Assembly (NCBI GenBank): GCA_050260675.1
Contig: JBLNCN010000012.1
Location: forward strand, 6,104-70,103
Length of the DNA stretch: 64,000 bases
Direction: 5' to 3'
From: Bacillota bacterium
Lineage (GTDB): Bacteria > Bacillota > Sulfobacillia > Fermentithermobacillales > Fermentithermobacillaceae
Below the pieces are notes generated by a model that had not been told where the DNA came from, did not search any database, and worked only from the letters and a program-made list of their open reading frames with translations. The translations under genes were made by a program, and so were the position numbers. Below, piece by piece: positions 1-14,177 of this stretch. Position 1 is the stretch's first letter. Each line of letters starts with the position of its first letter.

Positions 1-1019
1 AGGTCGGCTGTTATCCGAAAGACCGGCGCCGGCAACAGGTGGACCTCGTCATATATGATTAGGCCCCAGTTCTTCTGGTTGAACAGCGAGAAGTGGGGGT
101 ATTCGGCTTCGTCGCCGCGCTTCTTGTGGATCAGGATCTGGTAGGTAGTCACGGTGACAGGACCGATCTCCTTGACCTCGCCGCTGTACTCCTTGACAGC
201 GCTCTCCGGTAGTTCGGTCTTGTCCAGAAGCTCCGACATCCACTGCCGCAGGGCCACTACGTTAGTCGTGAGGATGAGGGTCTCGGTGGCCGCAAGCTCC
301 ATAGCACCGATACCCACCATGGTCTTGCCCGCGCCGCAAGGCAGGACAACAACGCCGCTGCCCCCTCTGGCCGAACCTCCCGCCCAGAACGCATCCCTGG
401 CGGCCAGCTGGTACGGCCGCAATGAGAAGGGCTGGCCTTGAGCCGTACGGGTCCTAAGGCGGATATCCAGGGGGTCTCCGGCTGTGTATCCCGCCAAATC
501 CTCACACGGATAACCCATCTTTATGAGGGCTTCCTTGAGGGTGCCGCGGGACATCGGTTCAACTATGAGCGAGTCTTCAGAGATGATCTCCTGAATGTAG
601 GGCTTGCACTTGTCGGACCGCTTGATCTCCTCAAAGACGAACTGGTCGTGGCAGACCAAAACCAATTGACCGTCCTTGCGAAGCAAACGGGTGACCCCGA
701 ACTTGGCCATGGTATCCCGCACAAATGCCTCGATATTCGACGGCACCGGATACCGGGAGAACCGGGAGAGGCTCTCCAGAACGTCGTCTGGGGTAAGGCC
801 GCAGGAAGCCGCGTTCCACAGCGAGAGGGGGGACAGCCGGTACGTGTGTATGTACTCGGGGCTCTTGACGAGATCCGAGAACCGCATGAGGTTGTCCCGC
901 GCCTGCTCGTAGAGCGGACTATCAACCTCCACAAGTATCGTCCCGTCGCTCTGGACTACCGCCGGACTATCTTTCGCCACATCTCGGCCCCCTACAGTTT
1001 GTTCCAAAGCCATAGACAT
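1..1019 (-). CDS. DNA repair helicase, XPB/RAD25 (ERCC3-like) SF2 family; N-terminal ~339 aa only, the gene runs off the window start
   Basis: Minus-strand translation from ATG at 1019: MSMALEQTVGG...; PYQ motif, Walker A 'VLPCGAGKT', and a DEVH box at the window edge. Not in the ORF track because there is no in-window stop. Confidence 0.7.
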   Translation of the reverse strand, partial: MSMALEQTVGGRDVAKDSPAVVQSDGTILVEVDSPLYEQARDNLMRFSDLVKSPEYIHTYRLSPLSLWNAASCGLTPDDVLESLSRFSRYPVPSNIEAFVRDTMAKFGVTRLLRKDGQLVLVCHDQFVFEEIKRSDKCKPYIQEIISEDSLIVEPMSRGTLKEALIKMGYPCEDLAGYTAGDPLDIRLRTRTAQGQPFSLRPYQLAARDAFWAGGSARGGSGVVVLPCGAGKTMVGIGAMELAATETLILTTNVVALRQWMSELLDKTELPESAVKEYSGEVKEIGPVTVTTYQILIHKKRGDEAEYPHFSLFNQKNWGLIIYDEVHLLPAPVFRITAD

Positions 1020-1254
1020 GATAGTACTCAATCATAGATGATTCTACGTCCATTTCGCTGCTCCTTTCACTAGGTGGAAGTTTCGCTGTCCGTAAGATGA
1101 AACGGTCTCCTAAAGGAAAGGCGATCTCCATGGTCGTATCTTCCTACTTGTCGGATACTGGAAGCGGGTTGCCCACGTCGGGCACGGATCCGCACCCGCC
1201 AGGTTCCGCAATGTAAGGATAGGTGTGGGAAAGTGGCAATAAGAGTTCTAGGAG

Positions 1255-2097
1255 GTGCACTTGGTGAAAGTCTACATATCGGTCGACATGGAAGGCGGGA
1301 CCGGCATTGCCAGCGCCAAGCACATGGCTGACGCGGGTTACGCCAGGATGTGCAAGCTCCTCACACAGGAGGTCAACGCGGCGATCGCCGGAGCGTTTGA
1401 GGGCGGGGCCACTGAGGTCCTCGTGAACGACGCTCACGGCAGCATGACCAACATCCTGATCGAGGACCTAGACGAGCGCGCCGAGCTCATAAGCGGCAGC
1501 AACAAGTGGCTCTGTCAGATGGAGGGCATAGACGAGACCTACGATGCCGCCTTCTTCATCGGTTATCACGCCCACGAGGGCAACGAGGACGCGGTGCTGA
1601 ACCACACGATCATGGGTGCCGCCGTATCTGAGATAAAGCGCAACGGGGTTGTGGTCGGCGAGACCGCCATCAATGCCGGCATCGCGGGGGCTTACGGGGT
1701 TCCGGTAGTACTGGTGGCGGGTGATCACATCCTCTGCGCCGAGGCCAGGAAGTTCCTGGGCGATAGCATCGAGACCGTGACCACAAAGCGAGCCATCGAC
1801 CGCTATGCGGCCCGCGTGCTCCCGCCTAAGAAAGTGCAGGCCCTCATAAAGGAAGCCGCAAAGAGGGCTTTGGCCAATCGCGGGTCAGTGAAGCCTCACG
1901 TGGTGGAGGGTCCCATCGAGTTCCAGCTCACGACCAAGCTCACAAGCATGGCGCATATGTGCTGCGTGTTTCCCGTTGTTGAGCGGCGGGGTCCCAAAGT
2001 TATCGCGGTCAAGGCCCAAAGCTACGTGGATGCCTACAAACAACTGCTGGGATGCCTCATCATCTCCAAGACGGCAGCCAATGGCTGGATAGGATAG
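1255..2097 (+). CDS. dppA: D-aminopeptidase DppA (peptidase family M55)
   Basis: 'VKVYISVDMEGGTGI...VNDAHGSMTNIL' is typical of M55 DppA. GGAGG at 1250-1254 favours a TTG 1261 or GTG 1264 start over 1255. Confidence 0.75.
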   Translation: MHLVKVYISVDMEGGTGIASAKHMADAGYARMCKLLTQEVNAAIAGAFEGGATEVLVNDAHGSMTNILIEDLDERAELISGSNKWLCQMEGIDETYDAAFFIGYHAHEGNEDAVLNHTIMGAAVSEIKRNGVVVGETAINAGIAGAYGVPVVLVAGDHILCAEARKFLGDSIETVTTKRAIDRYAARVLPPKKVQALIKEAAKRALANRGSVKPHVVEGPIEFQLTTKLTSMAHMCCVFPVVERRGPKVIAVKAQSYVDAYKQLLGCLIISKTAANGWIG

Positions 2098-2153
2098 GCG
2101 CGTTCGGCGCATCACTTTCCGAAGACGTACGACAGGATCCGGTCTGGCTGGGC

Positions 2154-2876
2154 TCAGCGCGGCAGTTTGCTGAAGTCGACTCTGAAGTGGGACGTAATCT
2201 GGCGGCCCCAGTATTCCAGCACGTGGTCCTCGACGGGCGTACCCCAGCCGTGATGGATGACCAGCGGCAGACCGTCGCGCCGGCGCTTGTCGGAAACGAT
2301 GCCAATATGGTTGTTGCCGGGACCGAATATCACCAGATCGCCTGGTTGCCACTCTTTGAGGTTGTCTTTGTCCCACGGGATGGCTTCGATGGCAAGAGCC
2401 TCGGCATGTCTGGATAAGTAACTGTGGAGGTTCGGCACTCGTCTGAAGTCGATATTGGGGTCCGGGGATTCGCCGCGGATGCGCGGGTATTCCTCGACAT
2501 ACGCGGCGATGTCCCGGTCGATGGCGTCTTTCCAGGCGTAACCTACGGCTTCAAAAGCCCGCCAGATCAGGTCCGTGCACACACCTTCGTTATCGGGCGG
2601 ATATCCTCCTTGATAGTACTCGCTTCGGTAGATGGGTCGGGCTTCCACCTGAGCCCGAGCCGCCGCGACGATGTCCAAGCAATCGTCGGTCCCGTTGCCG
2701 TCGGCGTCGACTCCTGAGAGCGTCACTTCCACCTCAAGAGGCGGACGGAAGTTAGGTACCCTCGCCGACCGCCATACTGCCCACACGGCGGCGCCTGCTA
2801 ACGTGAGGACCGCGAGAAGCACGAGGGCCGTGACGCGGATGGAATTGGATCGGATACGTAGCACTCTTGTGGACAC
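2154..2876 (-). CDS. DUF1287 domain-containing protein with N-terminal membrane anchor
   Basis: 240 aa. Hydrophobic N-terminal helix followed by a domain resembling DUF1287 (YijF-like). GTG start. Confidence 0.55.
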   Translation of the reverse strand: MSTRVLRIRSNSIRVTALVLLAVLTLAGAAVWAVWRSARVPNFRPPLEVEVTLSGVDADGNGTDDCLDIVAAARAQVEARPIYRSEYYQGGYPPDNEGVCTDLIWRAFEAVGYAWKDAIDRDIAAYVEEYPRIRGESPDPNIDFRRVPNLHSYLSRHAEALAIEAIPWDKDNLKEWQPGDLVIFGPGNNHIGIVSDKRRRDGLPLVIHHGWGTPVEDHVLEYWGRQITSHFRVDFSKLPR

Positions 2877-2952
2877 TCCTGTGCGATGGTTGGTTTACCC
2901 TGATCCTATTCTCGCAGTCCGCTGCCGGTGTGCCAAGCCTTTCCGGTTCCGG

Positions 2953-2958
2953 TATAAT
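2953..2958 (+). promoter_or_regulatory. candidate sigma-70 -10 box (TATAAT) upstream of pcrA
   Basis: Perfect TATAAT 44 nt upstream of the pcrA ATG; the -35 is weak (gTGcCA). Confidence 0.25.
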
Positions 2959-3001
2959 TCCCTTAGCAGCCACGAATACATAAGGAATCGGTTGGTGACT
3001 C

Positions 3002-7273
<4,272 letters not shown>

Positions 7274-7274
7274 C

Positions 7275-8801
7275 ATGGAGATATGGGAACTCTCTGCGAA
7301 AGACATACATGAGAAGGTAAAGTCCAAGGAGATCTCGGCTCTGGAAGTGGCGGAAAGCTACTTCGCTAGGACAGCGCAGGTTGAACCTAAGATCTGTGCT
7401 TACCTGGAGCTCATGGAACCCGAAGCTCTTGCGCAGGCGGCCAAGGTTGATGCAGCCATAGCCAGGGGAGAGGATCCCGGCATTCTGGCCGGGCTGACGG
7501 TTGCCGTGAAGGACAACATTAACGTCAAGGGCGTCAAGTGCACCTGCGGCTCCAAGATACTTGAGGGTTACGTCTCGCCATACGACGCGACCGCGATAAA
7601 GCGCCTTAGGGACCAGGGAGCGGTGATCACCGGAAAGACCAACCTGGACGAATTCGCGATGGGATCGTCGACCGAGAACTCGGCGTTCATGACAACCAGG
7701 AACCCGTGGGACGTGGAGAGAGTTCCTGGGGGCTCAAGCGGCGGCTCGGCCGCTGCCGTCGCGGCAGGTATGGCGGCGCTTGGATTGGGCTCTGATACAG
7801 GTGGTTCTGTAAGGCAACCGGCCGCGTTCACCGGGACTTATGGGATGATGCCGACCTACGGGAGGGTATCCAGGTACGGTCTGGTTGCGTTCGGTTCCTC
7901 CCTGGACCAGATCGGTCCGTTCGGCAACAGCGTCTGGGACTGCGCCGCTCTCCTTTCAGCTATGGCAGGCCATGACCCTTACGACGCTACTTCGGCCGCA
8001 AGACCGAGCGTCCAGTTCACATCGCGCCTGGGACACCCTGTGAAAGGAATGAGGGCAGGCGTTCCCCGGGAGCTTTTGGGATTAGGAGTCTCTTCGGGAG
8101 TCCGCGAAGCTTTCGACCGGGCCCTTGCGGTGCTCTCGGGGTTGGGGGTCGAAATCGAGGAAACCACTCTTCCGTCGGTGGGGCATGCCCTGGACGTCTA
8201 CTACATAGTCGCTCCTTCGGAGGCATCTTCGAATCTCGCCCGGTTTGACGGTGTGCGTTACGGTTTGTCTCTGCGGGACGGTGATTTGCAGGACATGTAC
8301 CTCGACACCCGCGGCAAGGGATTTGGCAAGGAGGTCAGGCGCCGGATTATGCTGGGCACTTTCGCGCTGTCGGCGGGGTACTACGATGCCTACTACCTCC
8401 GGGCGGCCAAGATCAGGACCCTGCTCCGCCGGGAGTTTGAGGCAGCCTTTTCCAAGTTCGACGTGCTCCTGTCGCCGACGACTCCAACGGTGGCCTTTAA
8501 GGCCGGGGAAAAGGTCGACGATCCGCTGGCCATGTACCTGGCCGACGTCCTCACGGTCCCTGTAAACTTGACCGGTATCCCCGCTCTGTCGATGCCGTGC
8601 GGCCTAGCCGAAGCGGAACCGGGCTCGGGGCACGCTCTCCCGTGCGGCCTGCAAATCATGGGCCGGCCCTTCGACGAGGAGTCTGTGTTCCAGGTAGGAT
8701 ACGCTCTGGAAGCCGAGATCGGGGAGCAACTGCGTCAAAGGACCGCGGAGATGCGCGTGGCCCTCTTGGCCGCCAAGGAGTGTGATCCCGTTGTCTCATA
8801 G
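7275..8801 (+). CDS. gatA: Glu-tRNA(Gln) amidotransferase subunit A (amidase signature family)
   Basis: 508 aa; amidase signature 'GGSSGGSAAAVAAG'. Confidence 0.9.
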   Translation: MEIWELSAKDIHEKVKSKEISALEVAESYFARTAQVEPKICAYLELMEPEALAQAAKVDAAIARGEDPGILAGLTVAVKDNINVKGVKCTCGSKILEGYVSPYDATAIKRLRDQGAVITGKTNLDEFAMGSSTENSAFMTTRNPWDVERVPGGSSGGSAAAVAAGMAALGLGSDTGGSVRQPAAFTGTYGMMPTYGRVSRYGLVAFGSSLDQIGPFGNSVWDCAALLSAMAGHDPYDATSAARPSVQFTSRLGHPVKGMRAGVPRELLGLGVSSGVREAFDRALAVLSGLGVEIEETTLPSVGHALDVYYIVAPSEASSNLARFDGVRYGLSLRDGDLQDMYLDTRGKGFGKEVRRRIMLGTFALSAGYYDAYYLRAAKIRTLLRREFEAAFSKFDVLLSPTTPTVAFKAGEKVDDPLAMYLADVLTVPVNLTGIPALSMPCGLAEAEPGSGHALPCGLQIMGRPFDEESVFQVGYALEAEIGEQLRQRTAEMRVALLAAKECDPVVS

Positions 8802-8811
8802 GGAGTATGAG

Positions 8812-10236
8812 ATGCTGATAGGGCTCGAGGTCCATGCCGAGCTGGCCACCAGGACCAAGATGTTCTGCCGGTGCCTTTCCAGGTTCGGCGATCCCCCGAA
8901 CACCAATGTGTGCCCTGTGTGCTTGGGTCTTCCCGGTTCGCTGCCGGTGCCCAACCAAGAAGCCGTGAAGTTGGGAGTGCGCGCCGCCCTCGCCCTCAAC
9001 TGCGAGGTCAATCTGGAGAGCAGTTTTGACCGCAAGAACTACTTCTACCCGGACCTTCCCAAGGGGTATCAGATAACTCAATTCGAGAGGCCTCTGGCCC
9101 AGGGTGGTTACGTTGAGATAGAGGAGCCCAGAAAGAAGATCCGCATTCGCAGGCTGCATCTTGAGGAGGATGCGGGGAAGTCCGTCCATGCTGGAGAGGA
9201 CATCACCACGGCAGCATATTCCCTGGTCGACCACAACCGCTGCGGCGTGCCTCTGGTAGAGATCGTGTCGGAGCCTGATATGACGTCTCCCGATGAAGCG
9301 AGACAATACCTCGAAAACCTCCAGAAGACCCTGCAGTTTGCCGGGGTATCGGACGTTAAGATGGAAGAGGGCTCCATGCGGGTAGACTGCAACATATCGG
9401 TGAACCCCAAGGGTGGGCCTTTAGGCGTGCCTGTGGAGATCAAGAACCTCTCGTCGTTTAGAGCGGTGGTCCGCTCTCTGGGCTATGAGTTCAAGCGGCA
9501 GTCCCTGGCCATCGAAAAGGGGGAGACGATCGTCCGGGAGACCCGTCACTGGGATGAGACCAAAGAGGCCACTTACTCCATGAGGACAAAGGAGTCCAGC
9601 CAGGACTACCGGTACTTCCCCGAACCCGACCTCCCGGGTCTCAGTCTGACAAAGGAATTCGTCGATGAAGTGGCGCGAACAATGCCCGCGCTGCCGGGGG
9701 AGATCGTGAGGAGATACGTAGAGGATCTGGGGCTCACGCCGTACGACGCGGGAGTCCTCACTCAGAGCCCTCACCTGGTCAAGTACTTCGATGGGTGCAT
9801 CAAGGCCGGCGCCGAACCAAAGACCTGTTCAAACTGGGTTATAGGTGACCTCTTGGGTTACCTCAAGTCGAAAGGGATACCTTATGACCGCATCCCTGTG
9901 TCGCCCGGAAACTTGGCGGGAATGCTCGCCCTGATCAAGGAAGGAACGATTAGCGGCAAGATCGGGAAAGACGTCCTTGCGAAGATGATAGAGACAGGAA
10001 AGGACGCGCCGAGCATAGTTAAAGAGGAGGGGCTCACTCAGGTATCGGATGACAGCGAGCTCACCGCAGTCGTGGAGTCGATGCTTGAGGGGAACCCTGC
10101 GGCAGTTGCCGATTATATGAGCGGAAAGCAGAACGCGTTGGGATTCCTGGTCGGCCAGGTCATGAAGGCGACCAAGGGCAGGGCCAACCCTGCAAAGGTA
10201 AACGCCCTCCTGAAAGAGAAGATGCTATCTCGGTAA
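8812..10236 (+). CDS. gatB: Asp/Glu-tRNA amidotransferase subunit B
   Basis: 'MLIGLEVHAEL...' is the typical GatB N-terminus. ATG 8812 follows AGGGAG (8800-8805); the ORF-track GTG 8782 would overlap gatA. Confidence 0.88.
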   Translation: MLIGLEVHAELATRTKMFCRCLSRFGDPPNTNVCPVCLGLPGSLPVPNQEAVKLGVRAALALNCEVNLESSFDRKNYFYPDLPKGYQITQFERPLAQGGYVEIEEPRKKIRIRRLHLEEDAGKSVHAGEDITTAAYSLVDHNRCGVPLVEIVSEPDMTSPDEARQYLENLQKTLQFAGVSDVKMEEGSMRVDCNISVNPKGGPLGVPVEIKNLSSFRAVVRSLGYEFKRQSLAIEKGETIVRETRHWDETKEATYSMRTKESSQDYRYFPEPDLPGLSLTKEFVDEVARTMPALPGEIVRRYVEDLGLTPYDAGVLTQSPHLVKYFDGCIKAGAEPKTCSNWVIGDLLGYLKSKGIPYDRIPVSPGNLAGMLALIKEGTISGKIGKDVLAKMIETGKDAPSIVKEEGLTQVSDDSELTAVVESMLEGNPAAVADYMSGKQNALGFLVGQVMKATKGRANPAKVNALLKEKMLSR

Positions 10237-10263
10237 GTAGGGCATAGTTTATTTTGGAAGAGG

Positions 10264-11238
10264 GTGCAGGGCATGGGCTTGGGACGGGCTGCGAAGGGAC
10301 AGGACGATAAACTGACCTTCGTTGCCTCTGTGCTGGGCAATTCCCGCGTCCTCTACTCGGAACCCATGAGCGGGCACACCTCGTTCAAGATAGGCGGGCC
10401 GTGTGATCTTCTTGTCATGCCGGGCGATCCCTCCGACGCGGTCAAGGCCTGGGTAGCGTGCCGCGACCAGTCAGTCCCTTGCCGGGTGATAGGCAACGGC
10501 ACAAATCTCCTGGTGAGAGACGGCGGAGTCCGGGGCTGCCTAATCAAGATGGCTCCCGGGGCGTCGGGGATCGAGGCCGTCGACGGCCCTTCTTTGCGGG
10601 TCGCGTCCGGGACCCTGCTCCCGGCACTGGTACAATATGCTTTGTCTCAAGGGCTCTCCGGCTTGGAGTGGGCCACCGGAATACCCGGGAGCGTCGGCGG
10701 AGCCGTCACCATGAACGCCGGCGCCTACGGAGGCGACTTTGGCTCGCTGGTACGAAGAGTCCAGGTGGGCATGCCCGACGGGCAAATCGTCTGGATGGAT
10801 TCTCACGAAATCGGATTTGGATATAGGCACTCCCTTTTCACCGACAGGGACGACCTGCTTATCCTCGGCGTCGATATTACCCTTACGCCGGGAGACAGGG
10901 ACGCAATCCGGGATGCAATGGTGAAGCGGGCCAAGGAGCGCGAGGCAAAGCAGCCGCTGGACATGCCTTCGGCGGGAAGCGCTTTCCGCCGCCCGCCCGG
11001 CCACTACGTTGGGGCGATGATCGAGGAGCTCGGTTTGAAGGGCGCAAGGATAGGCGGAGCCCAAGTGTCTGCTAAGCACGCCGGCTTCATCGTGAACGCC
11101 GGGAACGCGAGTTCCAAGGATGTGGAGGACCTCCTCAATCTCGTGAAGGCTAAGGTCAAGGAGCGTTTCGACGTGGACCTTGAGCCCGAGATTGTTGTCC
11201 TGGGAGAAGACGCCCCTGCGGCCGGTCAAGACACGTAG
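10264..11238 (+). CDS. murB: UDP-N-acetylenolpyruvoylglucosamine reductase MurB
   Basis: 'FKIGGPCDLLV...GNGTNLLV' FAD-binding MurB motifs; 324 aa. Confidence 0.85.
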   Translation: MQGMGLGRAAKGQDDKLTFVASVLGNSRVLYSEPMSGHTSFKIGGPCDLLVMPGDPSDAVKAWVACRDQSVPCRVIGNGTNLLVRDGGVRGCLIKMAPGASGIEAVDGPSLRVASGTLLPALVQYALSQGLSGLEWATGIPGSVGGAVTMNAGAYGGDFGSLVRRVQVGMPDGQIVWMDSHEIGFGYRHSLFTDRDDLLILGVDITLTPGDRDAIRDAMVKRAKEREAKQPLDMPSAGSAFRRPPGHYVGAMIEELGLKGARIGGAQVSAKHAGFIVNAGNASSKDVEDLLNLVKAKVKERFDVDLEPEIVVLGEDAPAAGQDT

Positions 11239-11241
11239 CAG

Positions 11242-12618
11242 ATGGCCACCAGTGTCGCCAAGGTAACAGGCCTCAACCACAGAGGCGAAGGGGTAGGCAA
11301 AGCGACCTCCGGCCCCGACCAGGGGCTGGTTGTGTTTCTGCCCGGTACGGTCCCCGGCGATGTGTGCGAGTACTCCGTAGTGGAGCGAAAGAAGAACTTC
11401 ATGCGGGGGCGAGTCACAAACCTCCTCGAAGCAGGGCCTGGGCGAGTCGAAGCTGCTTGTCCCGTGGCGTCGTCCTGCGGCGGGTGCACTTGGCAGCACC
11501 TCTCATACGACCTCCAACTGCAGTGGAAGAAGCGGATTGTTGAGGAAGCCCTCTCTCGCATCGCCCGCACAGAAGACTGCGAAGTGCGGGACTGCCTCCC
11601 ATCCCCGCAGACTGCGGGCTACAGGAACAAGGTTGAGGTTCCCCTCGCGGTCTCAAACGGCAAGGTTGTCGCAGGGTTCTACCAGCCCTATAGCCACCGG
11701 GTTGTTCCGTCGGAAGAGTGCGTGCTCGAACACCCGGCGGCTCGCGAGGTTGTGCTCCGGATGGTGGAGGAAGTGAGGACCCACAGGTACAGCATTTACG
11801 ATGAGCGGACCGGGCGTGGACAGGTCAGGCATGTAGTGGCGCGTGTTGCTCCCGGTACGGGGGAACGGATGGCGGTGCTGGTAGTTAACGGCCGATCAAT
11901 CCCGAAAGAGTCCCAGTTTGCCACCGCTGTTGCTTCGTCGCTGGACAACCTTGTCAGCGTGGTCCTGAACACCAACACCGAGCGCACCAACATCATCCTG
12001 GGTGAAACAAGCAAAGTGCTCTACGGGAGGTACCACATCGAAGACCTCTTCGGTGATGGTCAGCCGGGCCGGCTGCGTTTCCGGATCTCCCCCTTGTCGT
12101 TCTACCAGGTGAACTCGCCGCAGGCTGCTCGGCTGTACCGGCTCGCTCTGGATGCAGCCGCGATTGACGGCGGACTTGTCTTCGACGTGTACTCCGGGAT
12201 AGGCACCATCACGCTGTTCGCAGCACAGAGGGCATCTCTTGCTGTGGGCATCGAGGAAGTGGGCGACGCCGTCCGCGATGCCAGGAAGAATGCCGAGTTG
12301 AACGGCATCCAGAATGTGAAGTTCAGGGAAGGGCGGGCGGAGCGAATCCTATCCGCCAGCATTCACGACTACGGTAGGCCGGATGCCGTGATCCTGGATC
12401 CTCCGAGAGGAGGCGCCGAGGAGCCTGCGCTCAGGGCCATAGCCCGCGCGAAGCCGAGGACTATCGTCTACGTTTCCTGCAATCCTTCTACCCTGGCCAG
12501 GGACCTCATCACCCTGGGGCAGGACGGCTACCGTCCATTGTGGGTACAGCCGGTGGACATGTTCCCACAGACCCCGCATGTTGAGTGTGTGGCGTTGATG
12601 TCGAGGTTTGAAGAATAG
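11242..12618 (+). CDS. rlmD: 23S rRNA (uracil-5)-methyltransferase RlmD/RumA family (TRAM + Fe-S + SAM MTase)
   Basis: TRAM N-terminus, 'CGGCTWQHLSY' Cys cluster, class I MTase C-terminus; 458 aa. Confidence 0.8.
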   Translation: MATSVAKVTGLNHRGEGVGKATSGPDQGLVVFLPGTVPGDVCEYSVVERKKNFMRGRVTNLLEAGPGRVEAACPVASSCGGCTWQHLSYDLQLQWKKRIVEEALSRIARTEDCEVRDCLPSPQTAGYRNKVEVPLAVSNGKVVAGFYQPYSHRVVPSEECVLEHPAAREVVLRMVEEVRTHRYSIYDERTGRGQVRHVVARVAPGTGERMAVLVVNGRSIPKESQFATAVASSLDNLVSVVLNTNTERTNIILGETSKVLYGRYHIEDLFGDGQPGRLRFRISPLSFYQVNSPQAARLYRLALDAAAIDGGLVFDVYSGIGTITLFAAQRASLAVGIEEVGDAVRDARKNAELNGIQNVKFREGRAERILSASIHDYGRPDAVILDPPRGGAEEPALRAIARAKPRTIVYVSCNPSTLARDLITLGQDGYRPLWVQPVDMFPQTPHVECVALMSRFEE

Positions 12619-13008
12619 ATGGACTGAGAAAAGCTATAAACAAAGGGTTTCCAGGCATAGGGATGTTTTCCCGCGGCTGTTCTGCCTGAGACGGAATACT
12701 TGAACCCTTTATTCTTTATTGTCTGCGGGAACACCTCAATTACCTCAAAAGTGACGGGATTGAGTTGCCAGATTAGATAACGGGCTTTTTTCATAGGATT
12801 GAGGAGACAGAATAGATGGAACAGGGAAGTATCTCTTTAACTGCCAGAAGCCTATCAAAATCTGTTTATCAAACGGTGTCAGTCGCGGGGGTGGGTGTTC
12901 GCGGCATTGTTTTAACGACCCACGGTATCGGTCGTCTGCGTCTCATCCACGGGCGAAAGCAGCTTAACCGTCCCCATGCCCATAATGCGCTTACTCCTAA
13001 GGCAGTGA

Positions 13009-13049
13009 ATCAATGATGGCAAAAGGGATACCTCGTCAAGGGGGTATCC
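13009..13049 (-). terminator. intrinsic terminator downstream of the AT-rich minus-strand gene
   Basis: Hairpin GGGATACC-N8-GGGGTATCC followed on the minus strand by UUUUGCCAUCAUU. Confidence 0.45.
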
Positions 13050-13059
13050 GTTCTGATTT

Positions 13060-13953
13060 CTAAAAAGCCTTGCCTAATTTTACTGCGAGTTCTTTTCTGG
13101 AAAGCTTTTCTCCGGGTAACTCACGAAACTTTTCTACCACTTTCGGGTCAGGAATACCTATTTCAAACAGATCCACACCTTTGTTAATATCTTTGCACAG
13201 ATAGATAAAACCCCAATAGTAGTTGACGCCTGGTTTTTCCCACAAAGGGGTTACAATAATAAATGTACCCTCGTAAGAATAAACATCGTACAGCACATCT
13301 TTTCCCTTGTTTGAATTGCCCCAGGCATTATCCCAACTTTCATCATCTTTACGATTGAAGTGATTCTCGAAAACCATATATACGCCATCATAATCAACTA
13401 TGTGGTCTTCTGGTTTTGTAATATCCCATAAATATCTGTCGCCTTCTTTTTGTAGCTTGTAGAATCCTAAACCAAAAGGTGTTAGGTCAGCATACGTTTC
13501 ATAGCTTGATATTCCTTCTTTTAACTGTATGATTTCCTGGTTTTTTGCCATATTTGCCGGGATATCTATTATCTCTTTTAATCCCCATAATGAAAAAGGG
13601 AAAAACGCGGTGAACCAAATCAACAAGGAAATGATGAATTTACACGAGAAGTTAATAATAGGGTTGCGCAATTTTGTATCCAAGACGATTTTCTTGTTTA
13701 TCATAAAGCTGAAATATACTAATGGTCCAAATGTTATGATGAAACATGGGAGAAATAAGAATCCCATAGTGACAACAAGAACAGCAATATTGATAGCTAC
13801 ACAAATGCCATAACCGGTTAAATAACTGCTCAAGTTAAGGCTGTTGTTTTTGTTTGATTTCTTTTGCACTATCAGCAACAAAATGGATACGCAAATCCCG
13901 ATAACAATCGGCACAAAAATAAGTCTTAAAACAAAAGTATTTTGAATACCCAT
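13060..13953 (-). CDS. hypothetical membrane protein (4 predicted TM helices plus ~170-aa C-terminal soluble domain), strongly AT-rich foreign-looking gene
   Basis: 297-aa ORF with Lys/Asn/Ile/Phe-rich composition (about 33-35% GC versus about 62% in neighbours). No recognisable domain; flanked by a terminator. Confidence 0.6.
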   Translation of the reverse strand: MGIQNTFVLRLIFVPIVIGICVSILLLIVQKKSNKNNSLNLSSYLTGYGICVAINIAVLVVTMGFLFLPCFIITFGPLVYFSFMINKKIVLDTKLRNPIINFSCKFIISLLIWFTAFFPFSLWGLKEIIDIPANMAKNQEIIQLKEGISSYETYADLTPFGLGFYKLQKEGDRYLWDITKPEDHIVDYDGVYMVFENHFNRKDDESWDNAWGNSNKGKDVLYDVYSYEGTFIIVTPLWEKPGVNYYWGFIYLCKDINKGVDLFEIGIPDPKVVEKFRELPGEKLSRKELAVKLGKAF

Positions 13954-14177
13954 GACATTCTCCCTTACGATAATACTTTATTCACCAACTTAATCGTAAT
14001 ACTCACCAGTACCTGTTATAGGCAGTGAAGCCCGCGGAAGCCCCACGAGAAAACTTGCCAACTTGCTGGAAAGGTTCAGATGTTCCCACGAACAGATGCT
14101 ATAAAAAGTAGCCTACAGACATCAATTCCATCAACTCAACACATGTGGAGTGTGTGTGCTATATTTGCTCGGGGTGA

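Noticed and set aside
438-1037. 199-aa plus-strand ORF (and other 60-160-aa ORFs) antisense to the XPB gene
   Set aside because: Lies entirely antisense to a gene with clear helicase motifs. High-GC genomes produce long spurious antisense ORFs. There is no RBS or domain.
12528-12794. 88-aa minus-strand ORF 'MKKARYLIWQLNPVTFEVIEVF...' running from the AT-rich island into the rlmD coding region
   Set aside because: Its 3' half is antisense to rlmD. It is best read as a remnant of a gene truncated at the island boundary, not a functional CDS.
12816-13016. 66-aa ORF with a GAGGAG RBS in the AT-rich island; also checked this area for tRNA or small RNA
   Set aside because: No recognisable protein family, and no tRNA cloverleaf or TψC motif. 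Possibly a real micro-ORF, but support is insufficient.
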